DNA of 58,141 nucleotides from Hyphomicrobiaceae bacterium (GCA_035762425.1 DASTOW010000393.1:1-58141); one strand, 5' to 3'; positions 29,279 through 39,605 are shown, numbered from the stretch's first letter. Notes: generated from the letters alone by a model not told the origin. Numbers and translations are program-made.

Positions 29279-31720
29279 GTGATGCGTCGAGCGCCGATAC
29301 CGCACCGTTTGTGCGGCAGTGCGCCTGTTCGCGGACGTCGTAAAGACGGACGGCGGAAGATGCTGTCGCTCGCCACTACGATTGCGGGCGCGCTCGCTCT
29401 GCTGCTGCCTGTAGCCGGTGTGCTGCTCCCTCAGGCAGCTCACGCACAGGACCCGAGCCGGCAAATTGATGTGCCGTCCGCCAAAGCCTTCCCCAAGAAG
29501 GCGAGCAACATGTTCGGGTCTCGTCCCAAGATCGATAGGGCCGAGCCGCTCTACCTGCAGGCCGACCAGCTGATCTATGACACGCGCGGCAATCGCGTCG
29601 TCGCGCAGGGCAATGTCGAAATCTACTACAACAACTACATCCTCACTGCCGACAAGGTGATCTACGACCAGGGCACCAACACCCTGACCGCCGAGGGCAA
29701 TGCCCAGCTCAAGGATCCCAACGGCAGCATCACGCGCGCCGATCGCTTCGAGGCGCTCGATGACTTCCGCGACGCCTTCGTACAGTCCCTCAGCGTCGTA
29801 ACCCAGGACGACACCCGCATCGCCGCCGAGCGGGCGAGCCGCCGTGAGGGCAACATTAACGAATACGAGCGTGCCAAGTTCACGCCCTGTAAGAACGACC
29901 CTGGCATGCCACCGCTGTGGTGCATCGGCGCTGCGCGCATCATTCACGACCAGCAGGCGGCCACCATCACGTATCAGGACGCGCAGTTCGAGCTGTTTGG
30001 CGTTCCCGTACTGTACGTACCCTACTTCCAGCACGCCGATCCATCGGTTAAACGCCGCTCGGGCTTCCTGGCGCCGACCTTCAGCAATTCCTCGACGCTC
30101 GGCGCATCGGTGGAGGTGCCCTACTACTGGGCGCTGGCGCCAAACTACGACTTCACCTTCCATCCTCGCTACTTCAGCAAGGAAGGTGTGCTCTGGCAGG
30201 GCGACTGGCGGCACCGACTGGCGAACGGCCAGTACACGGTTAAGTTCGCAGCCATCGAGCAGGACAGCGGTCCCGAGGCCGGCTGGCGCGGCTCAATCGA
30301 AACCAAAGGCCAGTTCTCACTGTCCTCGTGGTGGAGGTTCGGCTGGGATGCGACCTTGGAAAGCGACGAGAGCTTCCGCCGGTTCTACAAACTCGACCCG
30401 ATCATACAGACTGACCGCGTGAGCACGGCCTATCTCCAGGGCATGAGCGAGCGCAACTACTTCAATGCCAGCCTTTATCACTTTGGCGGCTTGTCGCTGA
30501 CCGATCCGTCGTACGCCGACTCCTACGTCGCACCCGTGATCGACTATCGCTATATCGTGGGCACCCCCATCCTAGGTGGCGAGCTGACCTTCACCGGCCA
30601 CGCGCGTTCCATGACGCGATCGGGCACCACGCTCACCGATACCGACACCAATCACGCGCTGTTCGAGGCGAGCTGGCGGCGCAAGATGATCGATCCAGTC
30701 GGTCAGGTATGGACGCCGTTCGCCAGTGCGCGTGGCGACGTCTACAGCTACGAGGATGCCACCAATCCGGCCTTCAACAATCCGGTGGTGGCCATTCCGG
30801 ACGATACCGCTTTGCGCGGCCAGGTCGTCGGCGGCATGCTCTATTCCTATCCGTTCGTCGCGCACACGCGCAACGCCTCGCACGTGGTCGAGCCGACCGC
30901 CCAGATCATCGTACGCCCGAACAAGATCGACCAGGGCAAGCTGCCGGTCGAAGATGCCAAGAGCTTGGTGTTCGACGACACGCTGCTGTTCGAAGTCGAC
31001 AAGTTCTCGGGCTATGACCGCTTCGAGACGGGCACGCGCGCCAACTACGGCCTGCAGTACACCTTCCAGGCCAGCAACGGCATGTATGCGCGCGCTGTGG
31101 TCGGCCAGAGCTATCACCTGAAGGGCGACAACGCCTTCACCAATCCGGGCTTCGATCCGGCTAGCACGCCGTTGAATCCCACGCTCAACTTCTCACCGGT
31201 CAGCGGCCTGGAAACCAGTCGGTCGGACTACGTTGCCGGTCTCTACCTCTCGCCGATCTCCAGCATTAGCCTGATCGCCCAGGGCCGCTTCGACGAAAAG
31301 GACTTGTCGTTGCGCCGCCAGGATACGCTGCTGCGCGGCAGCTATGGTCCGGTGGCCACATCGATCGGTTACTCCTACTCGTTGTTTGATCCGATTACCG
31401 GCCTGCTCGACAAGCAACAGGACGTGCTAGGCAGCGTAGGGCTGCGCCTGACCGACAACTGGAGCGTGGCTGGGATGATGCGCTTCGACATCGACGACAA
31501 GCAGCGCATCCAGGATCAGATCCAGCTCAGGTACTCGGACGAATGCTTCGTGCTCACGGCCAGCTACACCGAGACATTTGTCAACAACGCAGCGCTCGAC
31601 CTGAGGCCGGACAGGACGCTAATGTTGCGCTTCGAGCTGAAGTATCTGGGCCAGTTCTCCTACAAGACGGACAGCCTGGACCATGTGTTCGGCGACACCA
31701 ACACGGCCGTGCCGAGGTAG
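29279..31720 (+). CDS. lptD: LPS assembly outer-membrane protein LptD (OstA)
   Basis: It has the OstA N-domain (ADQLIYDTRGNRVVAQGNVEIYYNNYILTADKVIYDQ) and a large beta-barrel. GTG-ATG directly abuts the lptG stop. An alternative start at 29360 lies just before the hydrophobic core of the signal peptide (...QAAHAQ). Confidence 0.92.
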   Translation: MMRRAPIPHRLCGSAPVRGRRKDGRRKMLSLATTIAGALALLLPVAGVLLPQAAHAQDPSRQIDVPSAKAFPKKASNMFGSRPKIDRAEPLYLQADQLIYDTRGNRVVAQGNVEIYYNNYILTADKVIYDQGTNTLTAEGNAQLKDPNGSITRADRFEALDDFRDAFVQSLSVVTQDDTRIAAERASRREGNINEYERAKFTPCKNDPGMPPLWCIGAARIIHDQQAATITYQDAQFELFGVPVLYVPYFQHADPSVKRRSGFLAPTFSNSSTLGASVEVPYYWALAPNYDFTFHPRYFSKEGVLWQGDWRHRLANGQYTVKFAAIEQDSGPEAGWRGSIETKGQFSLSSWWRFGWDATLESDESFRRFYKLDPIIQTDRVSTAYLQGMSERNYFNASLYHFGGLSLTDPSYADSYVAPVIDYRYIVGTPILGGELTFTGHARSMTRSGTTLTDTDTNHALFEASWRRKMIDPVGQVWTPFASARGDVYSYEDATNPAFNNPVVAIPDDTALRGQVVGGMLYSYPFVAHTRNASHVVEPTAQIIVRPNKIDQGKLPVEDAKSLVFDDTLLFEVDKFSGYDRFETGTRANYGLQYTFQASNGMYARAVVGQSYHLKGDNAFTNPGFDPASTPLNPTLNFSPVSGLETSRSDYVAGLYLSPISSISLIAQGRFDEKDLSLRRQDTLLRGSYGPVATSIGYSYSLFDPITGLLDKQQDVLGSVGLRLTDNWSVAGMMRFDIDDKQRIQDQIQLRYSDECFVLTASYTETFVNNAALDLRPDRTLMLRFELKYLGQFSYKTDSLDHVFGDTNTAVPR

Positions 31721-32021
31721 CCGCGTTCGTTAGTCAGCGCGCCACCTCGCCCCGTTAACCGTTCTACCTCCGGCCCGGACAGCTTGAGCACGGCCTCGCC
31801 ATGGTCGATACTTGGCGGCCGACGTGTCCTGCGCTGTTCGTGCCAGGGTGAGATTGCCGTCTGATGCAAGCACTGCTGCTTCCATCAAGACCGATCTCAT
31901 TCTAAAAACGGGTCTGCCACGACCCTGCCACGCGGACCGTGGATAACCAGGCGTCGTTTGCCGCTGCGGAGGGGTTAAGATCGCTCGCAACGAATCGTCG
32001 CTTTCTAACGGCTCGACCACC

Positions 32022-33251
32022 ATGTCTTCGCACGCCGCATCTCGTCGCTGCCTTGCCTTCGCCGCCGCTGTGGTAGCGGCTAGCCTGGGGATGACCGCCG
32101 TTCTCGATGTCTGCGCTCTCGCGCAGTCTGCAAAAAAGCCGCCGGCGCAAGCCTCGGCGGCCCAATCCAAGCCAAGCTCCGATGGTCCCGCTGCGAAGGG
32201 CACGCAGGCTATTGTCGTGCTCGTCAACGACGAGCCGATCACCGCCTGGGAGATCGAACAACGTGCCGGCTTCGTGGCGGCGAACTCGGGCGGCAATCCG
32301 AAGGAGATGAAAGCTAAGGCCGAGGCACGCTGGGCGCAGATCGTCAAGGATCCCAAGACCAACGAGCGCTTCCAGGACTTCATGCGAGCCAACAACGTGC
32401 AGTCGCAGGAGCAGGCCAGGACCCTGCAGGCGGAGTTCGTCAAGAAGCTGCAGCAGGACATGATCGAACAGCTGCGCCGCGAGTCGCGCGCCGGCATGGT
32501 GTCTCAGTTTCGCAAGCAGGCTCAGGAGGAGCTGATCGACGAGCGCCTCAAGATGCAGGAAGCCAAGAAGGTCGGCGTGGAGATTTCCGACGACGACATG
32601 AAGCGCATGCTGCAGAGCATCGCCGACCGCAACAAGATGACGATCGACCAGTTCGCCCAGCAGGTGAAGTCGACCGGTTTCGACATCTCTACGCTGCGCG
32701 AGCGGCTCAGAGGCGAGCAGGCTTGGCGAGAGGTCATCCGCCGCCGTTTCGGCGCCCAGATCAACATCAGCCAGAAAGACGTCGACCGCGTGCTGTCGGC
32801 AGCGGCTAACGAAGCCGGCGAGGACGCCTTCGAACTGCAGGTGCAGAAGATCACGCTGCCGCTTCCTGGGCGGGCCGATCAGGCGGTCCTGGTCAGGCGC
32901 TTCTCGGAAGCGCAGGCCCTGCACGGCAAGGCGGAAGGTTGCAAGAACATGGCAAGCCTCGCCAAGGAGGCACCTGACGCCAAGTTCGAAGACTCCAAGT
33001 ATGTGAAACCTGGCAACCTGCCCGAGCCGACCCGCTCGATGATGCTGCTCGGCAAAGACGGGGATGTTCTACCGCCGGCAACGCAGACCAATGGCATCGA
33101 GATCTATGCCATTTGCGGGCGGCGGGCTGTCAAGGGCGACGAGAAGCAGCGCGAGAATGCCATGCAGGACCTGCAGGCGAAGGAATTCAATATCGTCGCC
33201 AAGCGCCACCTGCATGACCTGAGGCAGGAAGCCCATATCGAGTATCGCTGA
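32022..33251 (+). CDS. surA: Periplasmic chaperone / PPIase SurA
   Basis: Signal peptide and SurA N-terminal-like domain. Its position between lptD and pdxA also fits. Confidence 0.85.
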   Translation: MSSHAASRRCLAFAAAVVAASLGMTAVLDVCALAQSAKKPPAQASAAQSKPSSDGPAAKGTQAIVVLVNDEPITAWEIEQRAGFVAANSGGNPKEMKAKAEARWAQIVKDPKTNERFQDFMRANNVQSQEQARTLQAEFVKKLQQDMIEQLRRESRAGMVSQFRKQAQEELIDERLKMQEAKKVGVEISDDDMKRMLQSIADRNKMTIDQFAQQVKSTGFDISTLRERLRGEQAWREVIRRRFGAQINISQKDVDRVLSAAANEAGEDAFELQVQKITLPLPGRADQAVLVRRFSEAQALHGKAEGCKNMASLAKEAPDAKFEDSKYVKPGNLPEPTRSMMLLGKDGDVLPPATQTNGIEIYAICGRRAVKGDEKQRENAMQDLQAKEFNIVAKRHLHDLRQEAHIEYR

Positions 33252-33258
33252 GGCGGAA

Positions 33259-34308
33259 ATGCCCGCGTCGTCCCGCGCCTCCGTGACTGCCAAGCCGCGT
33301 TCGCCTGCGTCGCCTCTGGCGCTGACCTTGGGCGATCCCGCCGGGATCGGCCCGGACATCACGATGGCGGCATGGCTGCAGCGAGCCAAGCGTGGTCTCA
33401 CCCCCTTTGTCGTTTTCGGCGACCCCGAAACCCTGGCAGCCCGCGCCCGCGCGTTGCGTGTGGATGTCCCGCTGGCGGTGGTTGGGTCACCAGGTGAGGC
33501 AGCGGCGGCCTTTGCCGACGCGCTGCCGGTGTTGGCCTCTGATGCCCGCAAGGGCGATACCGCCGTCCTCGACACGATCGTGGCGGCGACCGCGGCGGTT
33601 GCAGCGGGCGAATGCTTGGCGCTGGTCACCAACCCGATCGCCAAGAAGGCGCTGCAGTCGGCCGATCTGCAGCAGCCAGGTCATACCGAGCTGCTGGCAG
33701 TGCTGGCAGCGCGCCACAACCCGGGCCGCACCTATAAGCCGGTGATGATGCTGGCATCGAGCCAGCTGAAAGTTGTGCCGGCCACCGTGCACATACCGCT
33801 GGCCGCAGTCCCCAAGGCATTGACGCGTTCTCTGCTTACCGAGACCATCCGCATCACGACGGCGGCCTTGCGCGACGACTTTGCCATCGCCCACCCGCGC
33901 CTGGCGGTGACTGGGCTCAATCCCCATTGCGGCGAGGGCGGCATGCTCGGCCGCGAGGAGATCGACATCATCGCACCCGTAATTGCCGAGCTTGCGGCCG
34001 GCGGCCTTGCCGTGACTGGCCCGCATTCGGCCGATGCCATGTTTCATGGCGAGGCGCGCCGCAGCTACGATGCGGCGATTGCCATGTACCACGACCAGGC
34101 ACTGATCCCGCTCAAAACGCTAGCCTTCGACAGCGGCGTCAATGTTACGCTGGGACTGCCGTTTGTGCGCACCTCACCCGACCACGGAACCGCCTTTGAC
34201 ATCGCCGGCACCGGCAAGGCGAGCCCCGACAGCTTGCTTGCCGCGCTGCAGCTTGCCGCCGAGATCGGCCGACGGCGGACTGGCGCACAGCACCCCCCAC
34301 GCCCATGA
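33259..34308 (+). CDS. pdxA: 4-hydroxythreonine-4-phosphate dehydrogenase PdxA
   Basis: [18 protein letters not shown] and NPHCGEGG motifs. Confidence 0.93.
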   Translation: MPASSRASVTAKPRSPASPLALTLGDPAGIGPDITMAAWLQRAKRGLTPFVVFGDPETLAARARALRVDVPLAVVGSPGEAAAAFADALPVLASDARKGDTAVLDTIVAATAAVAAGECLALVTNPIAKKALQSADLQQPGHTELLAVLAARHNPGRTYKPVMMLASSQLKVVPATVHIPLAAVPKALTRSLLTETIRITTAALRDDFAIAHPRLAVTGLNPHCGEGGMLGREEIDIIAPVIAELAAGGLAVTGPHSADAMFHGEARRSYDAAIAMYHDQALIPLKTLAFDSGVNVTLGLPFVRTSPDHGTAFDIAGTGKASPDSLLAALQLAAEIGRRRTGAQHPPRP

Positions 34309-35195
34309 GCGCCGGCCCCCCGGGTGGCGGCGCGAGCCCGGATGGGCTGCCTCCGCTGCGCGAGGTGATCCGCGCGCTCGGCCTCACCGCCAAGAAAAGC
34401 CTCGGCCAGAACTTCATACTCGATCTCAATCTAACGCGGCGCATCGCCCGCGCCGCCGGACCCTTGCAGGGCCGCTCGGTGATCGAGGTGGGCCCTGGCC
34501 CCGGTGGCCTGACGCGGGCGCTGCTCCTTGAGGGAGCCGAGCGTGTCATCGCCGTCGAGCGCGACGAGCGCTGCCGGCCGGCGCTCGAGGCCATCGCAGC
34601 GCGCTACCCGGGACGGCTCGAAATCGATTTTGGCGACGCCCTGGAAGCCGATTGGATGCGACTGGCGGCCCTCGCGACGCCGAAGCCAGCCATCTGCGCC
34701 AACCTGCCCTACAACGTCGCCACCCTGCTGCTGGTCGGCTGGCTCGAGAGCGAACCCTGGCCGCCGTGGTACGACCGCATGGTTTTGATGTTCCAGAAGG
34801 AAGTGGCCGAGCGCATCGTCGCCGAGCCCGGCAGCAAAGCCTATGGCCGCCTCGCGGTGCTGGCGCAGTGGCGCACCCGCCCGCGGCTGCTGCTTACGCT
34901 AAAGCCCGAGGCCTTCACGCCGCCACCGTCGGTCGCCTCGGCAGTGGTCGAATTCACACCCATCGATGCGCCAAGCCCGGCCTGCTCTGTCAAGACGCTG
35001 GGTCAGGTGACTGGCGCAGCCTTCGGCCAACGGCGCAAGATGCTACGTCAGAGCCTGCGCGCGCTCCTGCCCGAACCGGAGCCGCTGCTTGCTGCGGCAG
35101 GCATCGCTGCAACGCTGCGCGGAGAGGTGCTCACCGTGCGCGACTTCGCACGCCTCGCCTACGTCTTCGAGCGCTGGGCGCCCACGCGCGGCTGA
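34305..35195 (+). CDS. rsmA: 16S rRNA (adenine1518/1519-N6)-dimethyltransferase RsmA/KsgA
   Basis: [10 protein letters not shown] and [11 protein letters not shown] motifs. There is a 4-nt overlap with pdxA. Confidence 0.95.
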   Translation: MSAGPPGGGASPDGLPPLREVIRALGLTAKKSLGQNFILDLNLTRRIARAAGPLQGRSVIEVGPGPGGLTRALLLEGAERVIAVERDERCRPALEAIAARYPGRLEIDFGDALEADWMRLAALATPKPAICANLPYNVATLLLVGWLESEPWPPWYDRMVLMFQKEVAERIVAEPGSKAYGRLAVLAQWRTRPRLLLTLKPEAFTPPPSVASAVVEFTPIDAPSPACSVKTLGQVTGAAFGQRRKMLRQSLRALLPEPEPLLAAAGIAATLRGEVLTVRDFARLAYVFERWAPTRG

Positions 35196-35431
35196 TCGGC
35201 ACTACACGCGACGCTGGCAGCCGCTGGCATCAAATCCGATTGCCTGTCCTGTAGGCAGCCATTTCGTAACACGGCGTAACGAGAGATAGGCTCAAGGCGA
35301 GCTTTCCCGTCGCTGTATTTCCAAAATTGCCTGCTGAAAATGCTGCTCACCGCCGTGCATGGACGATCCGTCTGCGCACGGTGTGCTCTCGGCCTGCTCG
35401 CCAGGCCCGCTCCACTGTTTGCGAGGCATGC

Positions 35432-36343
35432 ATGACGCAGTTGCGCCTGCTGTTGGTCCCGGCGGCGATGATCGCCATTGTATCGGCGGCCGAGCCTGCG
35501 CGGGGGGGTGATGAGCAGGATTGCTTTCAGGGCCAGGAACCCGAGTTGAGAATCAGGGGATGTTCCGCGCTCATCGAGCGGGCCCCCAATGACACAGCCG
35601 GCTATCACAATCGTGCCGTCGCCTACAGCGCGGCAGGCGACATGGACAAGGCCATCGCCGACTACACCAAGGTCATCGAGATCGCCCCCGAAAATGCGAG
35701 CGCCTACGACAATCGTAGCCGCGCGCTCGCGAGCCGAGGCGATTACTCACAAGCGGCTGCGGACAAAACCAGAGCTCAGGAGCTGATCGCCAGAACCATC
35801 GCCCAACCGACCAACGTCACGCGCAAAGGAAACATCTTGCCGAGCGAAGCACAGACGGTGGAATCGCCCTCAAAGGCAACGCCAACCCGGAACGCAAAGC
35901 CGCCCCTGCCAGCCCTGAAAGCAGTGCCACCTGTGAAAGCAGGGTCGCCGCTCAAGACAGAAACGGTGCTGAAGGCGGAGCCGGCCTCGAAGGCGAGCAA
36001 CAGCGTCGCCACCGAAGGGCCCGGCAGTTCCTTCTGGTCATGGCTCAATGGGCTTGGCGGCAAGAAGGAGCCGCCCCGGAAGGCAGCGCCGGCCGTGAAG
36101 GTCGAACCGGCCTCGAAAGTGGAGCCGGCGCTGAAAGGTGAGCCTCCAGTGAAGGCGGTACCAGCTCTGAAGGTTGAGCCGCCCGTGAAGGCAGTGCCGG
36201 CGCTGAAGGTGGAGCCGGCCCCTAAAACCGAGCCGACGCCTAAGGTGGAGCCGACCCCCGACAATGGCGTCGACCAGGAAGCGCCACCCGATACTTTCTT
36301 GGCATGGCTCAACCAGATAAACGGCAAGAAAACCAAGCCGTAA
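35432..36343 (+). CDS. Secreted TPR-repeat protein with a C-terminal Pro/Lys/Val-rich repeat region
   Basis: GAGG lies 5 nt upstream of the ATG at 35432. A signal-like N-terminus (MTQLRLLLVPAAMIAIVSAA) is followed by three TPR-like units (AGYHNRAVAYSAAGDMDKAIADYTKVIEIAPENASAYDNRSRALASRGDY). The tail carries K-[VA]-E-P type repeats, including a 36-bp exact-length duplication at 36146-36217. Confidence 0.7.
   Translation: MTQLRLLLVPAAMIAIVSAAEPARGGDEQDCFQGQEPELRIRGCSALIERAPNDTAGYHNRAVAYSAAGDMDKAIADYTKVIEIAPENASAYDNRSRALASRGDYSQAAADKTRAQELIARTIAQPTNVTRKGNILPSEAQTVESPSKATPTRNAKPPLPALKAVPPVKAGSPLKTETVLKAEPASKASNSVATEGPGSSFWSWLNGLGGKKEPPRKAAPAVKVEPASKVEPALKGEPPVKAVPALKVEPPVKAVPALKVEPAPKTEPTPKVEPTPDNGVDQEAPPDTFLAWLNQINGKKTKP
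36146..36217 (+). repeat. In-frame 36-bp tandem duplication (PVKAVPALKVEP x2) within a longer degenerate KxEP repeat tract (about 36085-36265)
   Basis: Copies at 36146-36181 and 36182-36217 align base for base, with a few substitutions. Confidence 0.85.
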
Positions 36344-36594
36344 TGTGAGGCACGAGCGGTTGTTGCCTTGCGTCCTGTCGGGCTAGGTACGGCTCTTCGT
36401 CCGTGCGCGCCAGCAGTCACTCAGTATTGCGGGTTGGTGACCAGGCTCTAAGGTGCCGGCACGCGATCTTTCGGCATATTCCCCGATGCCAGCACGGCGC
36501 ATTTGCCTGCAACCTCGTGCAGGCGGTTCGATGGCCGCCGTTCAGCAGACCTCGACATTGCGACTTGGGTTTTGACCTCCGACAGGAGTGCGTC

Positions 36595-37920
36595 ATGTAC
36601 GCGATCTCGTTGTCGCCGACCGTGCGCCGCCTCTTTGCAGCGGCAGCCGGCATAGCCAGCCTGCTTGTCGCGACTGCGGCAGCCGGTGACGCCCGTTCGA
36701 GCGCGGACGCCGCGCACACCGGCGCAGCCAAAGCCGGTGACATCCGGCCCTTCCGCGTCACCATCCCCGAGGAAGACCTCAATGATCTGCGCCGACGCAT
36801 CGCCGCCACGCGCTGGCCTGACCGGGAGACGGTGCAAGACCAGTCGCAAGGCATTCAACTCGCGAAATTGCAGGAGCTGGTCCGTCACTGGGGCACTGCC
36901 TACGACTGGCGCAAGGCGGAAGCCAAGCTCAATAGCCTGCCTCAGTTCGTGACCAACATCGACGGCCTCGACGTTCATTTCATTCACGTCCAATCACAAC
37001 ATACCAGCGCCCTGCCGGTGATCATGACGCACGGCTGGCCGGGCTCGGTCTTCGAGCTTGTGAAGGTGATCGGCCCGCTTACCGATCCGACTGCCCACGG
37101 CGGGACAGCGCAAGACGCGTTCGACCTCGTGTTCCCTTCAATGCCCGGCTACGGCTTCTCAGGCAAACCGCAGGACACGGGTTGGGGGCCCGATCGCATC
37201 GCGCGGACCTGGGCGGAGCTCATGCGGCGCCTTGGCTATTCCCGCTATGTGGCGCAGGGCGGCGATTGGGGTTCCCCCGTCTCCAGCGCCATGGCGCGCC
37301 TGGCACCGGCCGGCCTGATCGGGATCCACATCAACTTGCCGGCGACGGTGCCAGCGGAGATCATCAAAATCGTCAACGACGGCGGTCCAGCGCCAGCAGG
37401 CCTATCCGACAAGGAGCGCGCGGCGTTCGACGCTCTCAGCGCATCCGCCAAGCAAGGCAGCAGGTCGTACGCCACGATGATGGGCACGCGACCGCAGACC
37501 ATCGGCTATGGACTGACGGATTCGCCCGCCGGCTTAGCCGCGTGGATGCTCGGACATCCGGGCTTCTCGCAGTGGACCTACAGCAGCAACGATCCCGAGA
37601 AGTCGCCGGACGAAGTGCTCGACGATGTCACGCTGTACTGGCTGACGAACACAGCAACTTCCGCTGCACGGCTGTACTGGGAGTACGGTGGACGCAGCGT
37701 CACCAACGCCGTCACGGAAAAAACCAACGAGATCGCACTACCGGTCGCCATCACAGTGTTTCCCGGCGAGACGTATCGCGCGCCGGAAACATGGGCGCGA
37801 CGGGCCTATCCCAACTTGATCTATTTCCGCGAGGTCGATAGGGGCGGCCACTTCGCGGCCTGGGAACAGCCGCAGCTGTTTGCCTCTGAGCTGCGCGCCG
37901 CGTTCCGTCCATTGCGGTGA
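36595..37920 (+). CDS. Epoxide hydrolase (microsomal-EH-like alpha/beta hydrolase with EH N-terminal domain), secreted
   Basis: AGGAG lies upstream of the ATG at 36595, and there is a signal-like N-terminus. IRPFRVTIPEEDLNDLRRRI..RWPD is the EH N-domain. HGWPGS forms the oxyanion hole and GGDWGS carries the nucleophile. Confidence 0.85.
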   Translation: MYAISLSPTVRRLFAAAAGIASLLVATAAAGDARSSADAAHTGAAKAGDIRPFRVTIPEEDLNDLRRRIAATRWPDRETVQDQSQGIQLAKLQELVRHWGTAYDWRKAEAKLNSLPQFVTNIDGLDVHFIHVQSQHTSALPVIMTHGWPGSVFELVKVIGPLTDPTAHGGTAQDAFDLVFPSMPGYGFSGKPQDTGWGPDRIARTWAELMRRLGYSRYVAQGGDWGSPVSSAMARLAPAGLIGIHINLPATVPAEIIKIVNDGGPAPAGLSDKERAAFDALSASAKQGSRSYATMMGTRPQTIGYGLTDSPAGLAAWMLGHPGFSQWTYSSNDPEKSPDEVLDDVTLYWLTNTATSAARLYWEYGGRSVTNAVTEKTNEIALPVAITVFPGETYRAPETWARRAYPNLIYFREVDRGGHFAAWEQPQLFASELRAAFRPLR

Positions 37921-37961
37921 GCAGCGCCCCACTTCAGCCCGATCATTCGAGGAGCACAGCC

Positions 37962-38393
37962 ATGACAGCAGTAGCCGAAAAGCCCGCGAAAGTCCTGTAC
38001 ACGGCCAAGACCCACACCACCGGCGGGCGTGAGAAGGGTGTTGCGAAAAGCTCTGACGGTCGTCTGGACGTAAAGCTGTCGCCTCCCGGCTCATCTGGCC
38101 AAGGCACCAACCCGGAGCAGTTGTTCGCAGCGGGCTGGTCCGCGTGCTTCGAGGGAGCGATGGGGCTTGCGGCCCGTAAGATGAAGGTGAAGCTGCCAGA
38201 CGACACAGCCATCGATGCCGAGGTTGACCTCAACCAAGGCGACGCCGGCTACTTCCTGCGGGCTCGCCTCAACGTCAGCGTACCGGGCGTGACGCGTGAT
38301 ATTGCCAGGGCGATCGTGGAGGAGGCCCACAAGACCTGTCCCTACTCCAAGGCGATCCGCGGCAATGTCGACGTGACCGTCAACGTGGTTTGA
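37962..38393 (+). CDS. ohr: Organic hydroperoxide resistance protein (Ohr/OsmC family)
   Basis: GAGGAG lies upstream of the ATG at 37962. The protein has TTGGREG-like, PEQLFAAGWSACF and CPYS motifs, with two conserved Cys. Confidence 0.9.
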   Translation: MTAVAEKPAKVLYTAKTHTTGGREKGVAKSSDGRLDVKLSPPGSSGQGTNPEQLFAAGWSACFEGAMGLAARKMKVKLPDDTAIDAEVDLNQGDAGYFLRARLNVSVPGVTRDIARAIVEEAHKTCPYSKAIRGNVDVTVNVV

Positions 38394-38555
38394 TGCACTT
38401 GCTTGAAGACGGCGTGTGCTTGGGCGGTGCCGGTTCGCTTGCGGTCGCGGCGCCGGCTCGGCTGAGCGGGTCTTGGCAACGCTGCGCAACGACGGGCGAT
38501 GATGCCGCCAGGCCCAGCCGGGCGTCACATTGCTCGCCTCATCCCTGCGTCGAGC

Positions 38556-38599
38556 CCCGCACTCAGCCCGCACTCAGCCCGCACTCAGCCCGCACTCAG
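38556..38599. repeat. Tandem repeat, 11 bp x 4 (CCCGCACTCAG)
   Basis: Read directly. There are four perfect copies in the 555-bp gap between ohr and gmk. Confidence 0.95.
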
Positions 38600-38948
38600 A
38601 TTGCAAGCGACGTGCGGCACGCCGTTTGGGCGGTTTCCGAGCACGCGGTCGATGGCGCCCAGCCAGGCGACGTCGTCCCGGGTGCATCGATTGTCGCGCC
38701 AGTACTTCACGATGGGCCCGGCATAGCGCGCATCAGTAGCGTGCCGACCCCAGGGGGTGGCCGGCTCGTGCCCACTGACCGCCGCCGAACAGCGCACCTA
38801 GGAGCAACAGCACCGGGTCCAACATCGCCAGCCCGGAGCATCAGCAGCACGAAGCCGACTGATCCGCGCCGATGCGGTGCGGCGCACCAGTGTTCCTTTG
38901 CTTTACGCCATTTGCGCTCTGGCAGCGCCCGGCACTTCAATCGGGTTG

Positions 38949-39605
38949 TCAAAGGCTCGCCAGGACATCGGCGACGAAGTCGGCCATGCCGGTCAGCCGC
39001 TCGCGCTTCAGCCGCTCCGCGTTGAGGATCGACTGCAGTGCGGCGAGGCTGGCATCGACGTCGGAATTGACGAGCACGTAGTCGTATTCCGACCAATGCG
39101 CGACCTCGCTAGCCGCCGCCGCCATGCGCCGCGCCACCACCTCGGCACTGTCGAGGCCGCGCGCGCGCAGGCGGCGCTCCAGGGCCTCTCCGTCCGGCGG
39201 CAGGATGAAGACCGTTACGACATCGGCCGGCAGCTGGGTCTTGAGCTGGCGCGTGCCCTGCCAGTCGATGTCGAACAGCATGTCCCGGCCTGCCGTCAGG
39301 GCCGCCATCACCGGCGCTCTTGGCGTGCCGTATGACTTGTCGAATACCGGTGCCCATTCCAGCAGGTCGCTCGCGCTCTTCAGGCGCTCGAACTCGGCCG
39401 CATCTATGAAGAAGTAATCCCTGCCCTCAACCTCGCCGGGGCGCGGTGGGCGGGTCGTCACGGACACGGACAATTGCAGATCGGGATTGGCCTCAAGGAG
39501 CCGCTTGGCGAGCGTGGTCTTGCCGGCGCCGGATGGAGAGGACAGCACGAGGAGCAGCCCGCGTCGCGCGATGCTGGATGCGCCGCTGTGTCTCGCCTCA
39601 CTCAA
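38949..39605 (-). CDS. gmk: Guanylate kinase
   Basis: SSPSGAGKTTLAKRLL P-loop and overall Gmk pattern. There is an 8-nt overlap with yicC. Confidence 0.95.
   Translation of the reverse strand: MSEARHSGASSIARRGLLLVLSSPSGAGKTTLAKRLLEANPDLQLSVSVTTRPPRPGEVEGRDYFFIDAAEFERLKSASDLLEWAPVFDKSYGTPRAPVMAALTAGRDMLFDIDWQGTRQLKTQLPADVVTVFILPPDGEALERRLRARGLDSAEVVARRMAAAASEVAHWSEYDYVLVNSDVDASLAALQSILNAERLKRERLTGMADFVADVLASL

Noticed and set aside
35776-36420. 214-aa minus-strand ORF with GSTF/AGTAF repeats.
   Set aside because: It is the reverse-complement reading of the KxEP repeat tract. The plus-strand gene has an RBS, a signal peptide and TPR units, so the plus strand is preferred.
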